Assembly: GCA_964609495.1 (NCBI GenBank)
Contig: CAZSTA010000028.1
Span: 1 to 26,036 of the forward strand
From: an uncultured bacterium
GTDB taxonomy: Bacteria > CAZSTA01
Length of the DNA: 26,036 bases
Reading direction: 5' to 3'
Shown here: piece after piece, positions 16,521 through 24,211 of the stretch
Layout of the letters: each line of letters opens with the position of its first letter
Position numbering within the stretch: the first letter of the stretch is position 1
Program-made: the position numbers and the translations under genes
Notes under the pieces: generated by a model
The model's input: only the letters and a program-made list of their open reading frames with translations
What the model was told of the DNA's origin: nothing
The model's database searches: none

Positions 16521-17501
16521 ATGGACGTAGAAAAAGCAATATCCCTCTTAAATAGGGATATCGAATCGGAACATGCCGCTATCATTCAGTATCTCCAGCA
16601 AGCCTATATGATGGGAGAAGGAGAATACGCTTGTGAGATAGAGGCGATAGCTAGGGAGGAGATGAGACATCTCGATTGGTTAGGGGAGAAGGTGGCTGAA
16701 TTAGGAGGTGATCCCAGCATCAAACGGGCTGAGGTGATCTTAGGAGGTCCGGTTAACACTGATATGCTTAAGCAAGACGTTCTATCTGAGGAGATGGCTA
16801 TCTCCGAATACAGGAGACACATAGAGGAGATAGGAGATCCAGAGATCACCAGGCTTATAGAGAGGATCATCGCCGATGAGGAAGCTCACCGCACGATATT
16901 CAGCGATATGATCAAGGAGATCGAGGAAGAGGAGGGAGTTAAAGAGATCGTCCTCAAGGATATGTCCAAGCCGAGGGAGGAGGAGAAGGAAGTCGTCGGG
17001 ATGATGAAGGGTAATATCGACGCTGAGTACACCAATATCTTAAAGTATATACATCAATCCTTCGTAACTGGCGACTGCGAGTTCAGCAGAGATTTAGAGG
17101 AGATAGCTATAGAGGAGATGAAGCATCTCGGTTGGGTCTCAGAGGAGTTACAAGGTATGGGTTTCAAACCCGATATTGAGTATATCGAAGTCGAGCGAAC
17201 TCGCGATGAGGTGGAGATGCTGAAATCCGATATCGAGGGAGAGCGTCGTGCTACCGATCGGTATCAAAAGCAAGTGGAGACCCTTGAAGATCCGAAGCTT
17301 AGGGAGCTTATGGATAGGATTAAACTTCACGAAGTATATCATGGTGAGGATTTCAACGAGTATTTGGAGAAATTCTCCAAGGCTGAGGAAGAAGCAAAAG
17401 AGGCTCCTGCAAAGGTTGAAGAAGCTGAGGAGAAGAAACCCGAATCTCCTGCGGGAAAGCTCACGATAGGAAGTCTATTGGGGAAGGAACAGGGAGAATG
17501 A
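16521..17501 (+). CDS. encapsulin cargo: tandem (double) bacterioferritin/rubrerythrin-like diiron four-helix-bundle protein with C-terminal encapsulin targeting peptide
   Basis: Two full E, ExxH, E, ExxH ligand sets (domain 1: ESEHAAI, EEMRH, SEEMAISEY, DEEAH; domain 2: DAEYTNI, EEMKH, EVEMLKSDIEGE, HEVYH). A Glu/Lys/Ala-rich linker follows, then the C-terminal GKLTIGSLLGKEQGE, which matches the family-1 cargo-loading consensus (L-x-I-G-S-L-x-G). The start with a perfect GGAGGTGA RBS is 16521. The ORF track start at 16491 is in frame and overlaps the upstream stop. Confidence 0.8.
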   Translation: MDVEKAISLLNRDIESEHAAIIQYLQQAYMMGEGEYACEIEAIAREEMRHLDWLGEKVAELGGDPSIKRAEVILGGPVNTDMLKQDVLSEEMAISEYRRHIEEIGDPEITRLIERIIADEEAHRTIFSDMIKEIEEEEGVKEIVLKDMSKPREEEKEVVGMMKGNIDAEYTNILKYIHQSFVTGDCEFSRDLEEIAIEEMKHLGWVSEELQGMGFKPDIEYIEVERTRDEVEMLKSDIEGERRATDRYQKQVETLEDPKLRELMDRIKLHEVYHGEDFNEYLEKFSKAEEEAKEAPAKVEEAEEKKPESPAGKLTIGSLLGKEQGE

Positions 17502-17536
17502 TCGAGCTGATATTTCTAATGAAGGGAGGATAATAA

Positions 17537-18382
17537 ATGGCTGATTATCTAATGAGAGACGAAGCTCCTCTAAGTTCTGAGGAATGGGGAAAGATAGACG
17601 AGACAGTGGTTGAAGTTGCTCAGAAACAATTGGTCGGCAGGCGCTTTATTCCCATCTTTGGACCTATCGGAGCAGGTGTTCAAATGATCGCTAGCGATGT
17701 CTTCGCTGGATTAGGCGAGGGGAAAACCGATGTCTTCGGAGATGAAGCGACCGATCCGATATTATCCAAGGGAAGGAAATATATTACCTTACCTATGATC
17801 TACAAGGATTTCAAGCTCTTCTGGAGGGATATCGAAGCCAGCAAGAAAGCAGGACTTCCCCTTAATATTCAATCAGCGGCAGCGGCCAGTGTTTTTTGTG
17901 CTTACAAAGAGGATGATCTGATATTCAACGGAGATAAGGAGTTCAATTGGGAGGGTCTCCTGAATGTTACTGGGAGGAAAAAGTTGATCTTCAGCGATTG
18001 GAGTATCTCCGGCAATATCTTACAAGATGTGGTGAATGCTACTAAGGAATTGGTAAGCTCTGGTAACTACGGACCTTATGCGATGGTGGTTAATCCCGCG
18101 ATGTATACCCAGATGTTCAGGACATATAAGAATTCAGGAGTTCTGGAGATCAGACATATAAGAGAGCTGGTAACCGCTGGTGTCTATCAATCATCAGCTG
18201 TAACAGATGATAAGGCGGTGGTGGTCTCAGTGGGATCTCAGAACTTCGATCTTGTCATAGGACAGGATCTTGTAACCGCTTATCTGGGACCTGAGAATCT
18301 AAATCATTCCTTCCGAGTCTTCGAGAGCTTAGCCTTGAGGATAAAGCGTCCCGATGCTATCTGCACTTTTGAGAAGAAGTAA
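17537..18382 (+). CDS. family 1 encapsulin shell protein (linocin M18-like, HK97 fold)
   Basis: N-terminus MADYLMRDEAPLSSEEWGKIDETVVEVAQKQLVGRRF parallels T. maritima encapsulin [21 protein letters not shown]...QLYGRKF. It also has GPYAMVVNPAMY, LVIGQDL and FRVFESLALRIKRPDAI blocks, and a GGGAGGA RBS. Confidence 0.9.
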   Translation: MADYLMRDEAPLSSEEWGKIDETVVEVAQKQLVGRRFIPIFGPIGAGVQMIASDVFAGLGEGKTDVFGDEATDPILSKGRKYITLPMIYKDFKLFWRDIEASKKAGLPLNIQSAAAASVFCAYKEDDLIFNGDKEFNWEGLLNVTGRKKLIFSDWSISGNILQDVVNATKELVSSGNYGPYAMVVNPAMYTQMFRTYKNSGVLEIRHIRELVTAGVYQSSAVTDDKAVVVSVGSQNFDLVIGQDLVTAYLGPENLNHSFRVFESLALRIKRPDAICTFEKK

Positions 18383-18406
18383 ATACGAAGTATAGACTTA
18401 TTTAGG

Positions 18407-18435
18407 GGTGTCGAGTCTTGTTGAGGCTCGACACC
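18407..18435 (+). terminator. strong hairpin GGTGTCGAG-11nt-CTCGACACC (9-bp perfect stem) between encapsulin and the downstream erythrin-like gene
   Basis: Read from the sequence. No U-tract follows, so it is a possible partial terminator or mRNA stabiliser. Confidence 0.35.
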
Positions 18436-18463
18436 TACGGGATATAGCAAGGAGGATTTTCGG

Positions 18464-18916
18464 ATGCAACAAACTAGTTTTGATGAGATCGTGGATTTTG
18501 CAATAGGTAAGGAGGTAGAGGCTGAGGCTTTCTACAAAGAGATAGTAGATCTCGTGGATCAAGATAATATGAGAACTATGTTTCGGGAACTTGCCGCAGA
18601 AGAGAAAAAACACCAAGATATCCTTAAAAATGTGAGTAAGGATAACGTAGAAAGATATAAGATCCAGGCAGTTCCCGATCTTAAAATAAGCGATTATCTG
18701 GTGGATGTTGAGCCGAAGCCCGATATGAATTATCAGGATGCCCTTATAATAGCGATGAAGAGGGAGGAAAGATCTGTCAGTCTTTATAGCGATATGGCTG
18801 ATAAAAGCGATAACACCGAATTGGAGAAACTATTTAAAGTCCTAGCTCAGGAGGAAGCCAAACATAAACTCAGATTGGAGACTGAATACGAGGCTCAAAT
18901 TCTATCTGAAGACTAA
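18464..18916 (+). CDS. erythrin/sulerythrin-like diiron protein (rubrerythrin-family ferritin-like domain without rubredoxin domain)
   Basis: 150 aa with E, ExxH, E, ExxH (EAEAFY, AAEEKKH, KREERSVSLY, AQEEAKH). AAGGAGGA RBS. Confidence 0.7.
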   Translation: MQQTSFDEIVDFAIGKEVEAEAFYKEIVDLVDQDNMRTMFRELAAEEKKHQDILKNVSKDNVERYKIQAVPDLKISDYLVDVEPKPDMNYQDALIIAMKREERSVSLYSDMADKSDNTELEKLFKVLAQEEAKHKLRLETEYEAQILSED

Positions 18917-18949
18917 TGCTTTTGAGCTATCTTGATGGGGGCCTGATAT

Positions 18950-20191
18950 ATGAACAATATCATCATAGGTAATGGCATCGCTGGATTAAGCGCAGCCGAG
19001 GCTATCCGAGAGGTGGATAAGAGTTGCGAGATAACTCTTCTTACCAAAGAAGGTTATGCCACCTATAGCCGACCGATGCTTCCTAGATTTTTAGTCAACA
19101 AGGTTACTATGGATAGACTGCTAGTTAGGAAGGAAGAGGATTACACCAGGCTTGATATTGATCTTAGGCTCAACAGCGAGGTCGAACGAATAGATACCTC
19201 CGAGAGAAAGGTCTTTCTAACCGATAGCTCTTCTCTAAATTATGATAATCTTATCATAGCCGCTGGTAGTTTTCCCTTCTTCCCTCATAAATTTATCAAG
19301 GGCTTAAACAAAGGCTGTATATACGGTCTTCGGACTATAGATGATGTCAAATATATAAATATGACTTTAGAGAAGAGCATAGACAAGGAGGTTGTGATCA
19401 TCGGAGGAGGGCTGATCGGGATAGAATTAGCTGATCTCCTAAATCAGGAGGGGTATCATATAACCCTTATAGATATAGCTGATCAGCTAGCACCCCCAGT
19501 GCTATTCAAGACTGCCGCTGACATTATGAGGAGGAAATTAGAAGGTTTAGGGATAAGGGTTCTACTTGATACCAAAGTCACTGAGGTTTTAGGAGCAGAG
19601 GAGGCCGAGGGGGTGGTCTTTGAGAAGGATGGCGAAGTTCAACAGTGCAGTAGCCAGCTAGTGGTCCTCTCCACTGGAGTTAGAGCTAGCATAGATCTTG
19701 CTCAAGATACCCCGCTAGAGACTAATCGAGGGATCATAGTGAACAGGATGATGAAGACTAATGTCGATAACGTATATGCCGCTGGGGATGTTGCGGAGCT
19801 TGTTGATCCTAATAGCGAGACTAGGATAATCAACTTCACCTGGAACAACGCCAGGGAACAAGGTCTTGTCGCTGGACATAATATGGCCGGGATGAATGAG
19901 GAGTATGAAAGTTCCTTCTCGGTTAATTATTCCTCTTTAGCCGGACTTCGCTTAGTATCCGCAGGAGATTTCAGGGGAGGTGAAGGGGACGAAATATTGA
20001 CTCAGGGGGATATCGAGAATGACATATACAAGAGGATAGTCATTAGAGATAACTCGATTATCGGCTTCAACTTCATCGGCGATACCTCCGATTCTAGGAT
20101 CATATCCTCACTTCTTCAGAGACAGGAGGATGTCAGCAATTTCAAAGATAAGCTTTTGAGCGGGAAGTTAAACGAGGTAGTTTCTTCATAA
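18950..20191 (+). CDS. FAD-dependent pyridine nucleotide-disulfide oxidoreductase, NAD(P)H:rubredoxin oxidoreductase / NADH oxidase-like
   Basis: N-terminal FAD Rossmann IIIGNGIAGLSAAEAIRE. Second NAD(P) Rossmann VVIIGGGLIGIELADLL. AAGDVAE FAD motif. No redox-active CxxxxC disulfide is obvious, consistent with the NROR/rubredoxin-reductase class. Confidence 0.75.
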   Translation: MNNIIIGNGIAGLSAAEAIREVDKSCEITLLTKEGYATYSRPMLPRFLVNKVTMDRLLVRKEEDYTRLDIDLRLNSEVERIDTSERKVFLTDSSSLNYDNLIIAAGSFPFFPHKFIKGLNKGCIYGLRTIDDVKYINMTLEKSIDKEVVIIGGGLIGIELADLLNQEGYHITLIDIADQLAPPVLFKTAADIMRRKLEGLGIRVLLDTKVTEVLGAEEAEGVVFEKDGEVQQCSSQLVVLSTGVRASIDLAQDTPLETNRGIIVNRMMKTNVDNVYAAGDVAELVDPNSETRIINFTWNNAREQGLVAGHNMAGMNEEYESSFSVNYSSLAGLRLVSAGDFRGGEGDEILTQGDIENDIYKRIVIRDNSIIGFNFIGDTSDSRIISSLLQRQEDVSNFKDKLLSGKLNEVVSS

Positions 20192-20297
20192 ATAAGGGAA
20201 ATTTTTTAACCTTGAGCTCTATTTGTATAAGAGGGGTTGAGGGGAGAATTTCTCCCCCAATTGCGGCAAAAATTCCCTTTAACAAGGAGGATGAAAG

Positions 20298-20783
20298 ATG
20301 AGTATATTCTTTTCAGGAGTTGAGTTAGTTGATATAGCTGTTCAAATAGAGAAGAACGGATATGCCTTCTATAACTCTTTGATCAACAAGGCTGAGACTC
20401 AAAAATCCAAGGATATCTTCAGCTTTTTGGCAGGGGAAGAGAAGAAGCATATCGCTACTTTCAAGAGCATAGGTGAAGCGCTAGGTGATTATGAGATTCC
20501 CGATTTATACAGTCAAGAGGAGTACCAACTCTATATGAAAGCCTTAGCCGATTCCGAGGTCTTCACCAAGCAGATAGATATAGATAAGTTAGTCGAGAAG
20601 GCAAAGAGCGATGTGGAAGCTATTGATATGGCGATGGGCTTCGAGCGGGATTCTCTACTCTTCTACTATGAGATAAGAAATGTGGTTCGACAGCAAGATC
20701 AAAAGGTAGTAGATGAGTTAATCTCTCAGGAGAAATCCCATTTGAGGCAACTATCCAAACTCAAGAACGAGATACAAGCCTGA
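20298..20783 (+). CDS. erythrin/sulerythrin-like diiron protein, paralog of 18464-18916
   Basis: 161 aa with the ligand pattern E (IEKNGYAFY), ExxH (AGEEKKH), E (GFERDSLLFY), ExxH (QEKSH). AAGGAGGA RBS. Confidence 0.7.
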   Translation: MSIFFSGVELVDIAVQIEKNGYAFYNSLINKAETQKSKDIFSFLAGEEKKHIATFKSIGEALGDYEIPDLYSQEEYQLYMKALADSEVFTKQIDIDKLVEKAKSDVEAIDMAMGFERDSLLFYYEIRNVVRQQDQKVVDELISQEKSHLRQLSKLKNEIQA

Positions 20784-20904
20784 TTTTATAGTTTCAAGAA
20801 GAGGAGAGAATCCTCCCCTCCATATCTTCCACTTTTATAGGAGGGATCTCCCCTTCTAATCCCTTATGTTCAAGTAGTTTCAAAATTTTTTGTCTGAGAT
20901 GTTC

Positions 20905-21082
20905 GAGATCGGATTAGACCTTGAACTCATATAAATCACCCTCCCGTCAAGGGAGGGGAAAATAGAAAGATCAGTTCTATCTGGATGTTCCCTCTCCCCT
21001 CGTGGGAGAGGGATAGGGTGAGGGGGAAATTATTTCTTTCGCTCATTAGATTAGTCTAGCGCACCTTATGCGGATATGAGCG
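20905..21082 (+). repeat. A-family MITE-like repeat, copy 2 (core 20934-21047), with degenerate ends. Hairpins CCCTCCC-gtcaa-GGGAGGG and CCCTCTCCC-ctcgt-GGGAGAGGG. G4-capable tract at 21004-21026.
   Basis: Near-identity of the 3' core to 96-147. The flanks retain diverged versions of the terminal sequences (taaatcaccc on the left; tctagcgcac on the right). Confidence 0.55.
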
Positions 21083-21113
21083 AATCCCTTATATTTGAAA
21101 AGGAGGATTTATT

Positions 21114-22070
21114 ATGTCTTATGCGGAGAGGATAAAGGAGATAGAGAGAGGTTTAAAACAAGGTATAAGGGTTGAAAAGTTCTCTTTGGATCTTGATCAC
21201 CTGGGTCCTGGGGAGAAGAGGAGATTATACGAGTTTATGTATGCCCATGGCCCTGGCAATGGGAAGATGTTGTTTCTTCCTATCGATCAAGGGGTGGAGC
21301 ATGGCCCCAGCGATTTCTTTCCCAATCCTCCTAGCGTTGATTTCGATTTCCAACTGGCTCTTGCTGAGGAGGGAGGGTATTCGGGTATAGTTTGTCATAT
21401 AGGCTTAGCGGAGAAACATATGAAGAAGTTCGCGGGCAGAGTTCCTCTGATTCTGAAGATCAACGGTAAGACTAACATCCCCTCCGATGAGGAGGCTTTC
21501 TCAGCTCTGGATGCAACGGTGGAGGATGCAGTCAGACTCGGAGCGGATGCTATCGGTTATACCCTCTATGTTGGTTCTCCAAGTCAAGATCGAGACTTCG
21601 TCCAATTTATGCAGGTCAGACAGGAAGCTAAAAGATATGGAATGCCAGCTATTATGTGGGCTTATCCGAGAGGAAAATATGTCGAGGAAAAAGGCGGGCG
21701 GGATTCCTTAGCTATGGTTCATTATGCGGCTAGAATCGCTAACGAGTTGGGAGCAACCTTAGTTAAGATAAATCAACCCAAGGCTCCTAAGGGGGGCGAA
21801 TATACCGATAAGTTCTTCGGCAAATACAACCAATATAAGGACCTTGATGATCAGACCTCCCTCAATATGGCGGTTCAAGCGGCGGGAAGGACTGGCGTAT
21901 TAGTCTCTGGAGGAAGTAAGATCAGCGATGAGGATCTCCTGAACAAAGCTGAGGCTTCCTTAAAGGCTGGAGTCGATGGCTTGATCTTCGGAAGGAATAT
22001 GTGGCAGCGAAAGTTTGAGGATGCGCTTGAGATAACCAGAGAGATCAAGAAGATGATGCAAGAGTTCTAG
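21114..22070 (+). CDS. class I fructose-bisphosphate aldolase of the DhnA/FbaB (archaeal-type) family. An ADH-synthase-like paralog cannot be excluded.
   Basis: 318 aa with the N-terminal pattern IRVEKFSLDLDHLGPGEKRRL...LFLPIDQGVEHGP characteristic of DhnA-type TIM-barrel aldolases. The Schiff-base lysine region is LVKINQPK. RBS AAGGAGGA. Confidence 0.7.
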   Translation: MSYAERIKEIERGLKQGIRVEKFSLDLDHLGPGEKRRLYEFMYAHGPGNGKMLFLPIDQGVEHGPSDFFPNPPSVDFDFQLALAEEGGYSGIVCHIGLAEKHMKKFAGRVPLILKINGKTNIPSDEEAFSALDATVEDAVRLGADAIGYTLYVGSPSQDRDFVQFMQVRQEAKRYGMPAIMWAYPRGKYVEEKGGRDSLAMVHYAARIANELGATLVKINQPKAPKGGEYTDKFFGKYNQYKDLDDQTSLNMAVQAAGRTGVLVSGGSKISDEDLLNKAEASLKAGVDGLIFGRNMWQRKFEDALEITREIKKMMQEF

Positions 22071-22087
22071 GAATTTGTTAATCTCAG

Positions 22088-22119
22088 ATCTCATCTCCTC
22101 CGAGGAGAGGGGATGAGAT
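22088..22119 (+). terminator. hairpin ATCTCATC-[tcctccgaggagaggg]-GATGAGAT 18 nt after the aldolase stop
   Basis: 8-bp outer stem plus inner CTCC/GGAG pairing. No U-tract follows. Confidence 0.3.
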
Positions 22120-22170
22120 AGACTTGTTGATACCTACTACTTCGACTTATTTGTCGAAGTTAGACTTCAT

Positions 22171-22183
22171 ATCCTAGTAGGAT
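22171..22183 (+). promoter_or_regulatory. palindrome ATCCTA-G-TAGGAT about 25 nt upstream of the sufC RBS. It is preceded by the perfect hairpin CTTCGAC-ttattt-GTCGAAG at 22140-22159. Candidate operator for the suf genes.
   Basis: Read directly from the sequence. Confidence 0.3.
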
Positions 22184-22207
22184 AGCGACTTAGGAGGATC
22201 AACTATT

Positions 22208-22933
22208 ATGATGCTTAAATTAGAAAACCTATCTGTCGAGGTCTCTGGAGAGGAGATACTTCGAGATATAAACTTGGAGATCGAAGAGGGCGAGACTCAT
22301 ATCCTCTTTGGTCAAAATGGGTCTGGTAAAACATCATTGGCCATGACTATAATGGGTTTCCCTAGATACAGAATTACCAAGGGTAAGATTATCTTTAAGG
22401 GGAAGGTGATAAATGATATCCCTGTCTATGAGAGAGCGAAGTTGGGAATTGGGATTCTCTTTCAAAGGCCGCCAACGATTAGAGGAATCAAGCTGAGGCA
22501 AATGCTTGAGATTAGTGGTCATGATTCGGCTGATATAGATGGTTTAGCTGAGGGACTTAATATGAACGATTTTATGGACAGGGATATAAACTCAGGATTT
22601 TCTGGAGGAGAGATTAAGCGCTCAGAAGTGTTACAGCTTATGGCTCAGGCTCCAGATCTATCATTGCTGGATGAACCAGATTCAGGGGTTGATCTGGAAA
22701 GCATGGCTCTTATGGGCGAGGCGATAAATAAATTGCTGGATAAACAATTGAGGAGGAGACGTAAAAAAGCGGGGCTTATAATCACCCATACTGGCTATAT
22801 CCTTAACTATGTGGAAGCGGATAAGGGACATGTATTGTTCAATAAGTCCATCGGATGTAGTGGTAATCCGCGAGAATTGATACAAGGTATTAGCGAAAAT
22901 GGATATGAGGGGTGTTTAACGTGCCAAAAATAG
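22208..22933 (+). CDS. sufC: Fe-S cluster assembly ATPase SufC
   Basis: Walker A GQNGSGKTSLA, a degenerate ABC signature FSGGEIKR, Walker B LSLLDEPDSGVD, an H-loop ITH, and ~240 aa with no transmembrane partner. It is immediately followed by and overlaps a SufB/D gene. AGGAGGAT RBS. Confidence 0.85.
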   Translation: MMLKLENLSVEVSGEEILRDINLEIEEGETHILFGQNGSGKTSLAMTIMGFPRYRITKGKIIFKGKVINDIPVYERAKLGIGILFQRPPTIRGIKLRQMLEISGHDSADIDGLAEGLNMNDFMDRDINSGFSGGEIKRSEVLQLMAQAPDLSLLDEPDSGVDLESMALMGEAINKLLDKQLRRRRKKAGLIITHTGYILNYVEADKGHVLFNKSIGCSGNPRELIQGISENGYEGCLTCQK

Positions 22934-24102
22934 ATTCTAATGAGGATAAAATAGAGCTGGAACGGTATGAAAAGGAAGGGGAGAAAAGCCCTTACCTGGA
23001 AGATGTTTCCCAACTATCTCCAATTGATAGGGAGAGGATGGTTGGGGTAGGAGTCGATGTAACAAGCAAAGAGCGTTCGGGAACATTCATTCAGACCGAT
23101 CATAGTGTAGTCCATAGCAGTTCGCTCTATGAGGGTTTAGAGGTAATGGATATAGATGAGGCTCTGAACAAGTATGATTGGATTCGGGATAACTATTGGT
23201 GGAAGGCTGTGTCTCCTGACCAGGATGAATATACTAGGCAAGTCAAAGCTAATCCCCATCATGGATACTTCATCAGAGCCTTACCAGGCGTAAAAGTTAC
23301 CTATCCGCTACAAGCGTGCCTCTTCCTCAAGAAGAATAAATTGATGCAGAGCGTTCACAATGTTATAATTGCTGAACCCGATTCTGAGCTTAATATCATA
23401 ACTGGTTGTGCTACAGCTTCCTATGTGGAAGAAGGGATACATTTAGCGGTATCGGAAATATACGTGAGAAAGGGAGCTAAACTAAGCTCTACGATGATCC
23501 ACAGTTGGGGTGAGCAGGTGGTAGTTCGTCCGCGCTCCGTCACAATAGTAGAGGAAGACGGAACATTCCTTTCGAACTACATTGGCTTAAAGCCTGTGCG
23601 CTCGCTTCAGATGTATCCGACCACCAAACTCGTAGGAAGGGGAGGATTAGCTCGATATACCTCTATCCTCTATGCTCTCCCCGGATCATCTATGGATATC
23701 GGTTCTCGCGTCGTGCTTCAAGCAGAAGATACAAAAGCGGAGGTTATCTCAAGGGCTATCAGCGAAGGAGGAGAGATAATAGCTAGAGGGCACTTAGTGG
23801 GAGAAGTAGCGGGAGTGAAAGCTCACCTAGATTGTGGAGGAATGATTCTTTCGGATAAAGGTGTAATCCGTGCCATACCCGAGTTGGAGGGGAGAGTCCC
23901 AGATGTAGAATTATCGCACGAGGCGGCAATTGGGAAAGTAGCTAGGGAGGAGATCGAATATTTAATGGCTCGAGGTCTTAGCGAGGAGGAAGCAACTTCG
24001 ACTATTGTGCGAGGATTTTTAGATACGAGTATAATGGGATTACCACCTCAGCTCCAAGCCGAAGTCGATAGAGCTATGGAAGCTGTGGAGAAAGCTTATT
24101 AA
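22921..24102 (+). CDS. sufB: Fe-S cluster assembly scaffold protein of the SufB/SufD family, GTG start
   Basis: It lies downstream of and overlaps sufC. The C-terminal beta-helix region has conserved SufB-type blocks (KAHLDCGGMILSDKG, SHEAAIGKVAREEIEYLMARGLSEEEA). Either GTG at 22912 (ORF track) or GTG at 22921 (better GAGGGG spacing) could be the start. Confidence 0.75.
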   Translation: MPKIDSNEDKIELERYEKEGEKSPYLEDVSQLSPIDRERMVGVGVDVTSKERSGTFIQTDHSVVHSSSLYEGLEVMDIDEALNKYDWIRDNYWWKAVSPDQDEYTRQVKANPHHGYFIRALPGVKVTYPLQACLFLKKNKLMQSVHNVIIAEPDSELNIITGCATASYVEEGIHLAVSEIYVRKGAKLSSTMIHSWGEQVVVRPRSVTIVEEDGTFLSNYIGLKPVRSLQMYPTTKLVGRGGLARYTSILYALPGSSMDIGSRVVLQAEDTKAEVISRAISEGGEIIARGHLVGEVAGVKAHLDCGGMILSDKGVIRAIPELEGRVPDVELSHEAAIGKVAREEIEYLMARGLSEEEATSTIVRGFLDTSIMGLPPQLQAEVDRAMEAVEKAY

Positions 24103-24107
24103 TAATA

Positions 24108-24152
24108 AAAGTGTTGGGTATTGCTGGCAGTCTCCGGCGCTCAGGAAATACA
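24108..24152 (+). pseudogene. remnant or duplicate of the 5' end of the Isf gene (encodes K-V-L-G-I-A-G-S-L-R-R-S-G-N-T) in the sufB-rbr intergenic region
   Basis: aaagtgttgggtattgctggcagtctccggcgctcaggaaataca is about 79% nt-identical to 24798-24842 (aaagtgctaggtatcgcgggtagtcctcgtcgctcaggcaatacg) and is in frame for the same peptide. A stop codon follows 15 codons later. Confidence 0.5.
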
Positions 24153-24211
24153 ATCAATACAAAGATCTCGTATTTTCACAAAAATTTCAATTAAAAAGGG
24201 GAAAAGAGACT

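Noticed and set aside
17248-17469. Arg/Lys-rich 73-aa ORF inside the cargo gene (alternative frame)
   Set aside because: It is a frame artefact of the GAG/GAA/AAG-rich linker-coding region.
37-21082. Possibility that the G/C-rich repeated hairpins are a CRISPR array
   Set aside because: There are only 2-3 copies, separated by 20 kb rather than by regular 25-40-bp spacers. The units are >100 bp with internal hairpins and TIRs, and there are no cas genes.
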